A DNA stretch of 24,907 bases from a virus (taxonomy: Duplodnaviria; Caudoviricetes). The notes under the pieces were generated by a model that did not search any database, had not been told where the DNA came from, and saw nothing but the letters and a program-made list of their open reading frames with translations. The position numbers and the translations under genes are program-made. This document shows, one piece after another, positions 1 to 8,472 of the stretch. How positions within the stretch are numbered: the first letter of the stretch is position 1; the number at the start of each line of letters is the position of its first letter. The stretch lies in the IMG/VR virus record IMGVR_UViG_3300024228_000644, positions 1 through 24,907 of that record, one strand, 5' to 3'.

Positions 1-78
1 ATCACACATAGGACATGCCGCCTGACAGCGTTGTGTAACTTCCAGATGTACTTGTTTTATACCATGATAGTTATACAT
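1..78 (-). CDS. Radical SAM protein, N-terminal 26 aa only (continues past the left window edge)
   Basis: Not in the ORF track. Manual translation from ATG at 78 gives MYNYHGIKQVHLEVTQRCQAACPMCD. It has a CxxxCxxC motif and aligns with the N-termini of 6467..7507 (MYTAQQIRTLEIELSSNCQASCPLC) and 15106..16335 (KYKNIRQMHIELTSKCNASCPGC). The start overlaps the end of the upstream ORF (stop at 71-73). Confidence 0.88.
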   Translation of the reverse strand, partial: MYNYHGIKQVHLEVTQRCQAACPMCD

Positions 79-301
79 TGTCAATAATTAACTTTACGTT
101 CTGTCCTGGACCAGTTTTACTGGGCAATTCGCCATATTTTTGTACGTACCATTCAATAACAGCACGATACCAGTTCTGGCTATCGTGATGTGCTTTTTTA
201 TTAAACTGATAGATATTATTGTTGGTAGCACTCATTGTACTTAATGCTCTAGCACTTTCAGTTTGCAATTGTCGTAACGATAACTTATTTAAATCTGTCA
301 T
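71..301 (-). CDS. Small hypothetical protein (76 aa, MTDLNKLSLRQLQ...)
   Basis: Track ORF 71..325. ATG at 301, just after the stop of 309..905, is the more plausible start. It packs tightly between its neighbours and has no recognisable motif. Confidence 0.7.
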   Translation of the reverse strand: MTDLNKLSLRQLQTESARALSTMSATNNNIYQFNKKAHHDSQNWYRAVIEWYVQKYGELPSKTGPGQNVKLIIDNV

Positions 302-308
302 ATGACAG

Positions 309-905
309 TTATTCTGTAATCTCAAAATTTGCTGACTTGTGATATGGATTAGTTGATGTTGAATGATTCATTGGATAATCAAACAATGTATTGCTCGTTA
401 GCGTCCAACTATCTTTAAGGTAGCACATGGCAGTACCACTTTCAACTGTAATATCTGTTACTGTTGAACCATCTTTAACTGTTTTTGTAAACCCTTCAAT
501 ATCAAATGTCTTTTCGTTATGTCCAATACATGCTGCACAATTATTATCACTACTAGTTGCAAATGTTTGCAATGCAGTTGTGTCGCCACCAGTGAGTTCA
601 GCAGTCATATCAAAATTAACAACTGTATTGCCAAATATATGAATAATTTGTCCATTCATATCACCGTCAATTGGATCAATTCGCCAATCACTACGGTCCA
701 TAACTTCTGCTTCTGCACTATATACATAGCACCCAACTCCAGCATTAGCCGCTGATGCCGTGTATGTCCCACCAGGAAAATGGTCTTTCATTGCCGCCGG
801 CATGTTTTGAAATAATACTAAAGTTCTGTCAGCAATAGCTTCTTTAAGTTTAGCTAAACTGTCGGCATCTAAAGCGCCATTCCATCTATATGTAAAGATA
901 TGCAT
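309..905 (-). CDS. Hypothetical protein, Thr/Asp/Asn-rich, possibly late or virion-associated
   Basis: 198-aa ORF with a strong SD (AGGAG, 913-917) and an AATAAATA late-promoter-like box at 930-937. Contains a CAAC motif. No family recognised. Confidence 0.75.
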   Translation of the reverse strand: MHIFTYRWNGALDADSLAKLKEAIADRTLVLFQNMPAAMKDHFPGGTYTASAANAGVGCYVYSAEAEVMDRSDWRIDPIDGDMNGQIIHIFGNTVVNFDMTAELTGGDTTALQTFATSSDNNCAACIGHNEKTFDIEGFTKTVKDGSTVTDITVESGTAMCYLKDSWTLTSNTLFDYPMNHSTSTNPYHKSANFEITE

Positions 906-929
906 ATCTTTTCTCCTTTTATATCATAG

Positions 930-937
930 TATTTATT
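930..937 (-). promoter_or_regulatory. T4-like late promoter variant AATAAATA
   Basis: One mismatch to TATAAATA. It overlaps the stop codon of the upstream gene and lies just ahead of the SD and ATG of 309..905. Confidence 0.55.
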
Positions 938-1850
938 TAATACCTAATAGCATGTAACGTTCGTATTCTGGGGTATCTAAACTGCCACTGTAAATAAGTT
1001 GGCTAAACTGATACTTTTCCTCAGCTTCTGCTGTATTATTAACACAATTGATATGTTGTGTATTTTCAAAATAATTATTGGTTTGTAAACACACTAGTTT
1101 TCCACTGGGTATTTGCTCAAACCAAGTATCGTCCATGTGTTCACAACTTGTATTAATTATTAAATCTGGACGAATGTCACACACAACATCATTTTCTGCC
1201 ACTAGCTGTTCAATATACCAAGTATTTTTTGCACGTTTCTTCCACTGTAAATTGCATACATCAGCTTCAAATGCTTTAAATCTCCAGGATTGGTCGTAAC
1301 ATTGTGGATAGTTAAACTTATCACTAATCCATCTTGCATCTGGATCTAAATCTAAACTGTATAATTTTTCAATATTAGTAAATCTCTCAAATAAGAAATA
1401 TGCAATTGTAGCATACCATCCGCCATATAACGCAATATTTTGTATACTATCTATCTCAATATGCTCGTCAATTATATTCATTAACCATAGTTTACTCATT
1501 ACTTGGCCACGACTAAAGTGGTCATTTAAATTAGCAGCTTTGGATGAACTAATCGACCATGCACTTACTTGTCGTAAAAATTGGTCATCTATACAATGAC
1601 TTATATATCTCAACACTTTACGATGTGTTGTGTGATCGTATTCAATGTGTTTACTAAAAATTAATTGTAAAAATTCATCAGTAAGCTCATTATGTCCGCG
1701 ATGTATTTCTCTTTTAACTAGATCACGTATTTTGTAAATGTTCCCATGCACAATAGCTTTTTTGATATCTTGGAAGGAATCTAATTGTGGATGCTGAATG
1801 TAAGTAAAGTATTCCTCAAACCCATTGATCCAGTGAATATTATCATTCAT
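933..1850 (-). CDS. Class I SAM-dependent methyltransferase-like protein
   Basis: Motif I-like IALYGGWYA, acidic beta-2 SLDLDP, ADV, and DLIINTSCEHM. Start moved from the track's 1892 to ATG 1850 (MNDNIHW), which has SD GAGGAA at 1858-1863 and overlaps the upstream stop. Confidence 0.7.
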   Translation of the reverse strand: MNDNIHWINGFEEYFTYIQHPQLDSFQDIKKAIVHGNIYKIRDLVKREIHRGHNELTDEFLQLIFSKHIEYDHTTHRKVLRYISHCIDDQFLRQVSAWSISSSKAANLNDHFSRGQVMSKLWLMNIIDEHIEIDSIQNIALYGGWYATIAYFLFERFTNIEKLYSLDLDPDARWISDKFNYPQCYDQSWRFKAFEADVCNLQWKKRAKNTWYIEQLVAENDVVCDIRPDLIINTSCEHMDDTWFEQIPSGKLVCLQTNNYFENTQHINCVNNTAEAEEKYQFSQLIYSGSLDTPEYERYMLLGIK

Positions 1851-2553
1851 TGTCAGCTTCCTCAAATTGTTCACGCAGCCAAGCATAGTCATTAATTAAG
1901 TGCAGTGCTTTTTTATTGTTCTTATAATGATTACCAAAATCTCTGCCTTGTTTAGCACCCATTATGCTGTATTCTCCATATGGTGCTTTTGTACCACGTG
2001 AGCACCATACTTCCAGCCGATATTTGTTATCAATATTATCACCATTGGGAATAATACTAGAAGCTAGTTTAGTTGCTTCCCTAAATGCACCTTTCCAGGT
2101 ATCAAACGGAGTAGTATTAAATGCTGTAACATTACTGATCTGAAATTTAGGAACAAATGGGCATCCAATAGTAGTAGTCATATCTACTTTAAATTCTTTG
2201 GCATTTAGCAATTCACGTTTGGGGAATAACTTTACAGCACCGTAACCGTATATCAACTTATTTACTGGATTTAAACTACGCCAAGTGTACACACATTTGT
2301 TTTCTGGAATACCTGGATATGCCATAATGCTAGGACTAGGAGTAAATTTAAAGCTAAATTGCTCATCAATTATAGCATCTGCATCAACTACATAAAAGTA
2401 TCCTGTTGAACTCTGTTTTGCACATTCCTTGTGTGCATTAAGTATACCATCTATACCATGCACACGCTTGGCATGTGGTGCAAACAATTGCAATAGCTGA
2501 AAGTTCTCGTCAGCAGAAATTTCATCGTAACTTAGAAAGAATACATCTAACAT
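1843..2553 (-). CDS. GT-A fold (GT2-like) glycosyltransferase
   Basis: DVFFLSYDE N-terminal strand, AHK..A helix, YVVDAD (DxD), YGYGAVKLFP, KGAFRE. Clear paralogue of 19484..20467. SD GAGGA at 2562-2566. Confidence 0.72.
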   Translation of the reverse strand: MLDVFFLSYDEISADENFQLLQLFAPHAKRVHGIDGILNAHKECAKQSSTGYFYVVDADAIIDEQFSFKFTPSPSIMAYPGIPENKCVYTWRSLNPVNKLIYGYGAVKLFPKRELLNAKEFKVDMTTTIGCPFVPKFQISNVTAFNTTPFDTWKGAFREATKLASSIIPNGDNIDNKYRLEVWCSRGTKAPYGEYSIMGAKQGRDFGNHYKNNKKALHLINDYAWLREQFEEADNE

Positions 2554-2575
2554 ATTTTAAATCCTCATTTAACTT

Positions 2576-2604
2576 ATTATATATGATTTTGCACAGTTAG
2601 TCAA
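2576..2604 (-). promoter_or_regulatory. Sigma70-type promoter TTGACT-N17-TATAAT
   Basis: -35 TTGACT at 2604-2599, 17-nt spacer, perfect -10 TATAAT at 2581-2576. Lies directly upstream of the SD and ATG of 1843..2553. Confidence 0.75.
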
Positions 2605-2628
2605 GTACTTTAAATCATTAACTACGTA

Positions 2629-2640
2629 TATTTATAAATA
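2629..2640. promoter_or_regulatory. Bidirectional T4-like late promoter (palindrome TATTTATAAATA)
   Basis: TATAAATA on + (2633-2640) and on - (2636-2629), in the divergent intergenic region. The + copy is 5 nt before ATG 2646. Confidence 0.75.
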
Positions 2641-2645
2641 GATGT

Positions 2646-3965
2646 ATGAGCAAAATATTCGCAAGTTTCCCCGATAATAGTACATATGATAATGAATATC
2701 CTGATCCAACTGTAGCAAGTATGTGGACAAGCACAGTTATGCCATATACTGAAAGTTTCTTTCATCATCAGTTTAATGATATGGCACAATTTACAGTGAC
2801 CCCATACCATAAAATTCCTGACAATACACCATACAACATCTATATTAAATGCCATACATCATATGCTGCATATCTAGAAATTATTGATGGTGGACTTAAT
2901 AAAAATTCCTACTATAATATGGTACTACAGGATAGTAAACGGGGGTTAGTAACCTGGTGGTTTGATCATGGATGGGAAAAACTTTTAGTAACACATCATG
3001 AACAATATCATGTTCTAGATTGGTATGGTAAATTGGTACACACTCTTAATTGTGATAACCATCCGCAAAATGTAAATTTGCTAACTGGTGCAGAATATAA
3101 TAAAGATCTTTTTGAAAATATAAATCAAACATATGGCATGAGAGTGCATTCAGTTCAACCAATGGAGCACTTACTAAATAAATCAATAATGTATCAAAAC
3201 AACTTTAAAAATTTTACATCATTACGTATCAAAACAATTGAAAGTCGTACTATAACACACTCACCTGGATTAATATATAATCGAATGCCACGACCATTAC
3301 GTGCATTATTGTTGGCATATCTAGATGAGCAAAATCTAATAGACAGCACCAATTACAGTTGGGGTGGTGTCGACTTAATACCTGCCTTGATACCTCGTAA
3401 TCACGGTGACTGGTCTACAGAACAAATAATAGACAGTCAACTAAAAACACTGGTGGAACAATATGGGTCGATAGGTGAGCAATATAGAGATCAAGCTAAA
3501 TCCTGGTACAATAAACCAACTGTGAACTTATCGGCTGAAAATCAAGACTTTGATTATGCTGAAAATCCTGCAGAAAACTTAAACTATATGCATGCCCAAT
3601 GGAGTAATTTTCAAATAGTTACTGAAACATGCTACAATCATCTAATAATGCTAAGTGAAAAATCATTTAAACCATTTATAACGTTGATGCCATTTATTAT
3701 ACTAGGACCAGCTGGATCTGTGCAGGCACTGCGCAACCGTGGATACCGTACATATGATAAATGGATAGACCATAGTTATGATAACAACCAATTAAAATTT
3801 AATGACAGATGGCAACTGTTCACAAACGAAGTTAATAGATTATATAGCTTATCTCCACACGAGTGGGCAGAGATTAAATTACAAATGCTGCCAGATATGG
3901 TATATAACTTATATCATTTCCGCAGTCGATCGTCAAACAATCATTCAAATGTATTTTATAGCTAG
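2646..3965 (+). CDS. Putative glycosyltransferase (GT-B, GT10-like C-terminal motif), phage family
   Basis: 439 aa. C-terminal IVTET..LSEKSFKP..PFIILG..LR..GY.TYDKWIDHSYD resembles the GT10 FENS..Y.TEK nucleotide-sugar motif. Paralogue of 9699..10775. Confidence 0.55.
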   Translation: MSKIFASFPDNSTYDNEYPDPTVASMWTSTVMPYTESFFHHQFNDMAQFTVTPYHKIPDNTPYNIYIKCHTSYAAYLEIIDGGLNKNSYYNMVLQDSKRGLVTWWFDHGWEKLLVTHHEQYHVLDWYGKLVHTLNCDNHPQNVNLLTGAEYNKDLFENINQTYGMRVHSVQPMEHLLNKSIMYQNNFKNFTSLRIKTIESRTITHSPGLIYNRMPRPLRALLLAYLDEQNLIDSTNYSWGGVDLIPALIPRNHGDWSTEQIIDSQLKTLVEQYGSIGEQYRDQAKSWYNKPTVNLSAENQDFDYAENPAENLNYMHAQWSNFQIVTETCYNHLIMLSEKSFKPFITLMPFIILGPAGSVQALRNRGYRTYDKWIDHSYDNNQLKFNDRWQLFTNEVNRLYSLSPHEWAEIKLQMLPDMVYNLYHFRSRSSNNHSNVFYS

Positions 3966-3973
3966 AATAAATA
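3966..3973 (+). promoter_or_regulatory. T4-like late promoter variant AATAAATA
   Basis: Immediately after the stop at 3965, in the 35-nt gap before ATG 4001. Confidence 0.5.
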
Positions 3974-4000
3974 CCAGTACAAAACAAGAGATACCATAAT

Positions 4001-5875
4001 ATGAAAAACGTTTATCTTAGTCAAATGAGTCTAGAATTGCCAGGTTCAAAATACTACTATTTCCCTTATAGTGTGGGTGTAGTGTGGTGTTATGCTGATG
4101 CTGATCCAGTAATACATGATAACTACCAACTTAAAGGATTATATTTTGTTAAAGAAGATATTGATACCATCATTGATGGTATGGAAGATCCAGCAGTGCT
4201 GGGCCTGAGTAGTTACATATGGAATACCAATTATAACGAAGAGTTCGCACGTAAAGTTAAAGCACGTTGGCCAGAATGTAAGATTGTTATAGGCGGTGCT
4301 AATGTACCAGATACTGATATTATGTATTTTGAAAACAAACCATATATTGACTACCTCATACACCAGGAGGGAGAGATTAGTTTTAGTGGACTACTCAAGA
4401 GTTTTATAGGTGAACGGGATGAAACACAAGTGCCTGGTATCAGTATAAATCAAAATGGTAAACGTATTACAACTGGACCCAGTGTAAGAGTAAGTGACTT
4501 GACTGATGTACCCAGTCCCTATTTAACTGGATTGTTTGACGATATTGTTAAAAAATACCACGGCCGTAGTGACATGACACTCAACGGTATTATTGAAACT
4601 AACAGAGGATGTCCGTTTATGTGTACATTCTGCGATTGGGGCGGTACTACATTTAGCAAGGTCAAGAAGTTCGACATAACAAGAATTGAAGCAGAAGTTA
4701 AATGGTTCGCTGAAAATAAGATTGAATACATCAACAACACTGATGCTAACTTTGGTATATTTAAAGAACGTGACATGGCCATTACTGATATGCTTATTGC
4801 TACAAAAGAAAAGTATGGGTTCCCAGAGATATTTGATACAAACTGGAATAAAAATAACAACCAAGTAACAGTTGAAATGGCAAGTAAATTGTTAAATGCT
4901 GGCATGATGCGTAGATTTACTGCCAGTTTACAAAGTATGAATCCCGATGTGCTTAAAGCTATTAAACGCACAAACTTAAATGGAGATCAACTTGATAATA
5001 TTGTAGATGATGCACGTAAGATTGGAATTAGCGTTAGTACTGAAATGATTGTTGGACTGCCGGAAGAAACATACGAAAGTTGGAAGTCAGGCATATGTCA
5101 ATTACTTAAAGACGGATTTATCGTTGAGAGTTTTCCACTATCACTATTACAAAATAGTGAAATGAATATTCCATCTTATAAAGAACAATACGGACTTGTA
5201 ACCAAATCAGTAAAGAGTTATTTTAGTAACCACGTGGACGAATGGCAGGATATGGTGGTAGGCACACGCACAATGTCACAGCAAATGATGAGTAGGGTGT
5301 GGCTGTGGACTTGGCTTACAAATAAACTTGAAGCAAATGGATTTACACATATTATTAGCAGATACTTGGAAAAGCATCATAATATCCTACAACAAGATTT
5401 CTATGAAGCTATGCTGGAAACATTTTTAACTGATGAGAATAGTGTGTACCATCCACATTTACAAAAATGGAGTAAGCATGCACAAGATTTAGAATTTCAA
5501 TATTTTATGGCAGGATTTGTATACGGTGAAGTATTGCTTGATATTGGACAATATCGTCGCGATAAGTTCTTTAAGGAAGTATATGAAGTAGCTAATAAGT
5601 TGATCGGTAATTTTGATCCGCATTTAAGTCAAGTAATACACTTACAAGAAAAAATACAGCGCCAACCACATCAAGACAAACACACTATAACATGCAACAG
5701 TAATCTATATGAATACATTGTTAACAATGATCAGTTACTAATTAACAACACCACACAATATACTATAACCAATAATGCAATTGAAGATAGATTTAATAAT
5801 GATTGGTTTGCATTTATGAACTTTGCAAGAAAAAATCGTAGTTGGTTAAATGATATAGAGTCGTCTACAGTATGA
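4001..5875 (+). CDS. Cobalamin (B12)-binding radical SAM protein (class B methyltransferase-like)
   Basis: N-terminal B12-binding Rossmann-like region (FPYSVG, PAVLGLSSYIWN, IVIGGANV, DYLIHQEGE), followed by IETNRGCPFMCTFCDWG (CxxxCxxC), DANFG, SLQS..PDVLKAIKR and MIVGLPEET. Confidence 0.9.
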   Translation: MKNVYLSQMSLELPGSKYYYFPYSVGVVWCYADADPVIHDNYQLKGLYFVKEDIDTIIDGMEDPAVLGLSSYIWNTNYNEEFARKVKARWPECKIVIGGANVPDTDIMYFENKPYIDYLIHQEGEISFSGLLKSFIGERDETQVPGISINQNGKRITTGPSVRVSDLTDVPSPYLTGLFDDIVKKYHGRSDMTLNGIIETNRGCPFMCTFCDWGGTTFSKVKKFDITRIEAEVKWFAENKIEYINNTDANFGIFKERDMAITDMLIATKEKYGFPEIFDTNWNKNNNQVTVEMASKLLNAGMMRRFTASLQSMNPDVLKAIKRTNLNGDQLDNIVDDARKIGISVSTEMIVGLPEETYESWKSGICQLLKDGFIVESFPLSLLQNSEMNIPSYKEQYGLVTKSVKSYFSNHVDEWQDMVVGTRTMSQQMMSRVWLWTWLTNKLEANGFTHIISRYLEKHHNILQQDFYEAMLETFLTDENSVYHPHLQKWSKHAQDLEFQYFMAGFVYGEVLLDIGQYRRDKFFKEVYEVANKLIGNFDPHLSQVIHLQEKIQRQPHQDKHTITCNSNLYEYIVNNDQLLINNTTQYTITNNAIEDRFNNDWFAFMNFARKNRSWLNDIESSTV

Positions 5876-6465
5876 ATGAGAGAATAGAGTTTTTAAACAG
5901 TACTATTAAACCACTGTGTCAAGGTGCAAAGGTATGGGACTTTTGCTGTGGTACAGGAATGAATGGAGTGTATGCACTAGAACACGGTGCCGAGTTTGTG
6001 CATTTTACAGATGTAAGATCCCAACTGTTTCAAGCATATACTGAAAACTTAAAATTAGACGATAATCATTTTAGTTGGAGTTTTTTAGATGCTGACAGTA
6101 TTGAACACAAAAACTTAAATCATAATGACATAGATATTATAATGTACCATGGTCATTTATATCATGCTAGAAATCACTATCAAATCTTAAAGTCACTCAC
6201 TGAATCTTCTGCAAAGTATATTTGCTTTGAAAGCAAAGGAAAACATAATGATTGTGCAGATATTACCTGGTCAATTGAACCACAGGATATTGCTACCAAT
6301 TCACTAGAGTCTAGTCAACAAAATTTAAATTCAATGGTGGGCGCTCCAACTTCAACTTGGTGTCATACAATGTTTAGATACTTTGGATGGGAAATTGCTT
6401 ATAGCACATTGGAACATCCAGTAGATAGAGATTATTCCAAATGGCGTTATTGGCTCAAACGATAA
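5872..6465 (+). CDS. Class I SAM-dependent methyltransferase
   Basis: Motif I KVWDFCCGTG, acidic HFTDVR, and DIIMYHGHLYH resembling the D..L..GVLYH motif IV. ATGA overlap with the B12 radical SAM gene. Confidence 0.78.
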   Translation: MNERIEFLNSTIKPLCQGAKVWDFCCGTGMNGVYALEHGAEFVHFTDVRSQLFQAYTENLKLDDNHFSWSFLDADSIEHKNLNHNDIDIIMYHGHLYHARNHYQILKSLTESSAKYICFESKGKHNDCADITWSIEPQDIATNSLESSQQNLNSMVGAPTSTWCHTMFRYFGWEIAYSTLEHPVDRDYSKWRYWLKR

Positions 6466-6466
6466 T

Positions 6467-7507
6467 ATGTATACTGCACAACAAATACGTACATTAGAAA
6501 TAGAACTAAGCAGTAATTGCCAAGCTAGTTGTCCACTTTGCTTGAGAAATTTTCACGGCGCAACATACAACAAAGGGTACACTGTAAAAAGTTTAACGGT
6601 ATCTGAAATAAAACAAATATTACCTACTGAGTTTGTTGCACAATTAGATACTATAATATTTGAAGGTAATTTGGGAGATGCAATTGTAGTTAGTGATTTA
6701 GCTGATACTGTTGAATATTTACGCAGTTGTAATCCACATTGCGATATCGAATTACACACTAATGCTAGTGCTGGAAGTAAACAAACATGGGTAACACTTG
6801 CTGAACAGCGTGTGCGTGTGTTTTTTGCTCTTGACGGACTAGCTGACACACATCACTTGTATCGTCGCGGCACCAATTGGCAAAAAATTATAGACAACGC
6901 TGGCATCTTTATGAGCGCAGGTGGAGATGCAATATGGAAATTTATTCCATTAACAACTAATCAGCATCAACAAGAAGATTGCAGGAGATTAAGTGTAGAA
7001 CTTGGATTTTCTTCGTTTGCAGTTATGAGTGATCAGAGACAAAACTGTCATGTATTTGATGCACAGGGAGAATATCAGTATAGTATTGGCAATCCAAAAG
7101 GTCCCAAAGACTTTAAACAGGCTGTGCGTGATTATGAAATGAGCGGGGAACACCAGGACCTAAGGCCAGTACCCAAGCGTATTGATTGTTATGCAGATAA
7201 ACGAAAATACTTATACCTTGATGCATTGGGAGATGTGTACCCTTGTTGCTACTTGGGTAGTCAGCCACGCACTTTTGATAGGACTGGCGGAGTACAAAAA
7301 TATGTACATAAGCGTGTTGATGATATAATGCACAATAATAATCTATTTGAGAACACTATAGATACGGCAATCGATTGGTTTAACCAAATTCCGCCCAAAT
7401 GGAATGCACCAATGTCAGACAGGCTTGCGGCGTGTGATAATGTATGTGGGAAAAATACCAACTATATAGAAGTTAGTAAAAATGACTACAACGACTCAAG
7501 CATATAG
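6467..7507 (+). CDS. Radical SAM protein with C-terminal Twitch/SPASM-like domain
   Basis: EIELSSNCQASCPLC, EGNLGDA, LHTNAS, FALDGLADTHHLYRRGT; C-terminal C..YLDALGDVYPCC...CDNVC. Confidence 0.9.
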   Translation: MYTAQQIRTLEIELSSNCQASCPLCLRNFHGATYNKGYTVKSLTVSEIKQILPTEFVAQLDTIIFEGNLGDAIVVSDLADTVEYLRSCNPHCDIELHTNASAGSKQTWVTLAEQRVRVFFALDGLADTHHLYRRGTNWQKIIDNAGIFMSAGGDAIWKFIPLTTNQHQQEDCRRLSVELGFSSFAVMSDQRQNCHVFDAQGEYQYSIGNPKGPKDFKQAVRDYEMSGEHQDLRPVPKRIDCYADKRKYLYLDALGDVYPCCYLGSQPRTFDRTGGVQKYVHKRVDDIMHNNNLFENTIDTAIDWFNQIPPKWNAPMSDRLAACDNVCGKNTNYIEVSKNDYNDSSI

Positions 7508-8427
7508 CCGGAATCTTGTAGTTTAACAACACCAAATTCAAACCTTACACTGTGCATACTAATACTGGACTGTTGCATAATCCATTCATATACGTTGTCT
7601 GCACAATGTCCAATTATCATTCTACCAGTAAAATTTTTGAAATCGTTTGGATCAATATCATACTCATGTGAGTTATTGTCTATTGCCCAGTTAGTAACAT
7701 GTTGTTGGATACTTTGTCTATATTGATTTAGTTCTGATTCTGGCATAGTAGTACCTGGAATGATAATACTAAATTGGCTTTTTATATCTGTCTTAGGAAC
7801 ATACCGAAGTGAATTTTTCATACTGTTAATATCATTATCAAATGCAAGTGCCTGTAAGTCCTTGCCCAGCGTATTGTATCCGATTATCATACAGTTTTGA
7901 TACTTAAAGCCTGCGTCATAACATTGAGCGTCTGACTCAGTTAATGGTATACTGTAGTCAGCTTCTACTTTGTGCGCACTACAACTACTAATATACGGAG
8001 GACTTTCAAAATTTTCGGCCCGATTCATAATTTTTGCTTCCAGTTCATGTATAGCAAAGTTCAAATCACAAAGCATACGAGCTAGATTTTCGTCAGGCTG
8101 AAGTTGTGTATTTTCGGCAAATTTGTCATGTAGTACGTTTAAATCAGTCTGATTGTATGGAACATTACGCCAGCATGCTGGAATATCGATGTCAGGCCAA
8201 TCTGTAATAATTTGTTTACATATATTATGGATATTATATTGCAGTGTTTGTTCACTAGATATAGGCGTAGGACACTCAAAATCAAACTCCAATACTTGCC
8301 CATTATAGTCTTGAAAAATACGTTGCCACACATTTAAAAATTTATCACTTGCGCTGTTATTGCTTAGTTCATAATTTAAAATACGATAGTCTGTCTCTCC
8401 AGTAAGTGTTATAGTTACAGTTGCCAT
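7486..8427 (-). CDS. Hypothetical protein (313 aa)
   Basis: Long ORF filling the gap between two + strand units. TATAAATA lies 5 nt upstream of the ATG. LHDKF...NFAIHELE may be a His/Glu metal site, but no family was recognised. Confidence 0.8.
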   Translation of the reverse strand: MATVTITLTGETDYRILNYELSNNSASDKFLNVWQRIFQDYNGQVLEFDFECPTPISSEQTLQYNIHNICKQIITDWPDIDIPACWRNVPYNQTDLNVLHDKFAENTQLQPDENLARMLCDLNFAIHELEAKIMNRAENFESPPYISSCSAHKVEADYSIPLTESDAQCYDAGFKYQNCMIIGYNTLGKDLQALAFDNDINSMKNSLRYVPKTDIKSQFSIIIPGTTMPESELNQYRQSIQQHVTNWAIDNNSHEYDIDPNDFKNFTGRMIIGHCADNVYEWIMQQSSISMHSVRFEFGVVKLQDSGYMLESL

Positions 8428-8431
8428 AATA

Positions 8432-8447
8432 TTATTTATATAAATAA
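8432..8447. promoter_or_regulatory. Bidirectional T4-like late promoter (16-bp palindrome TTATTTATATAAATAA)
   Basis: TATAAATA on - (8440-8433, 5 nt before ATG 8427) and on + (8439-8446, ahead of SD AGGA 8463-8466 and ATG 8473). Confidence 0.8.
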
Positions 8448-8472
8448 GTATGTAGTTAATATAGGATTTAAA

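Noticed and set aside
3802-3999. 65-aa + strand ORF ending just before ATG 4001, considered as a precursor peptide
   Set aside because: It overlaps 2646..3965 out of frame and spans the late-promoter-like box. There is no SD or leader/core pattern.
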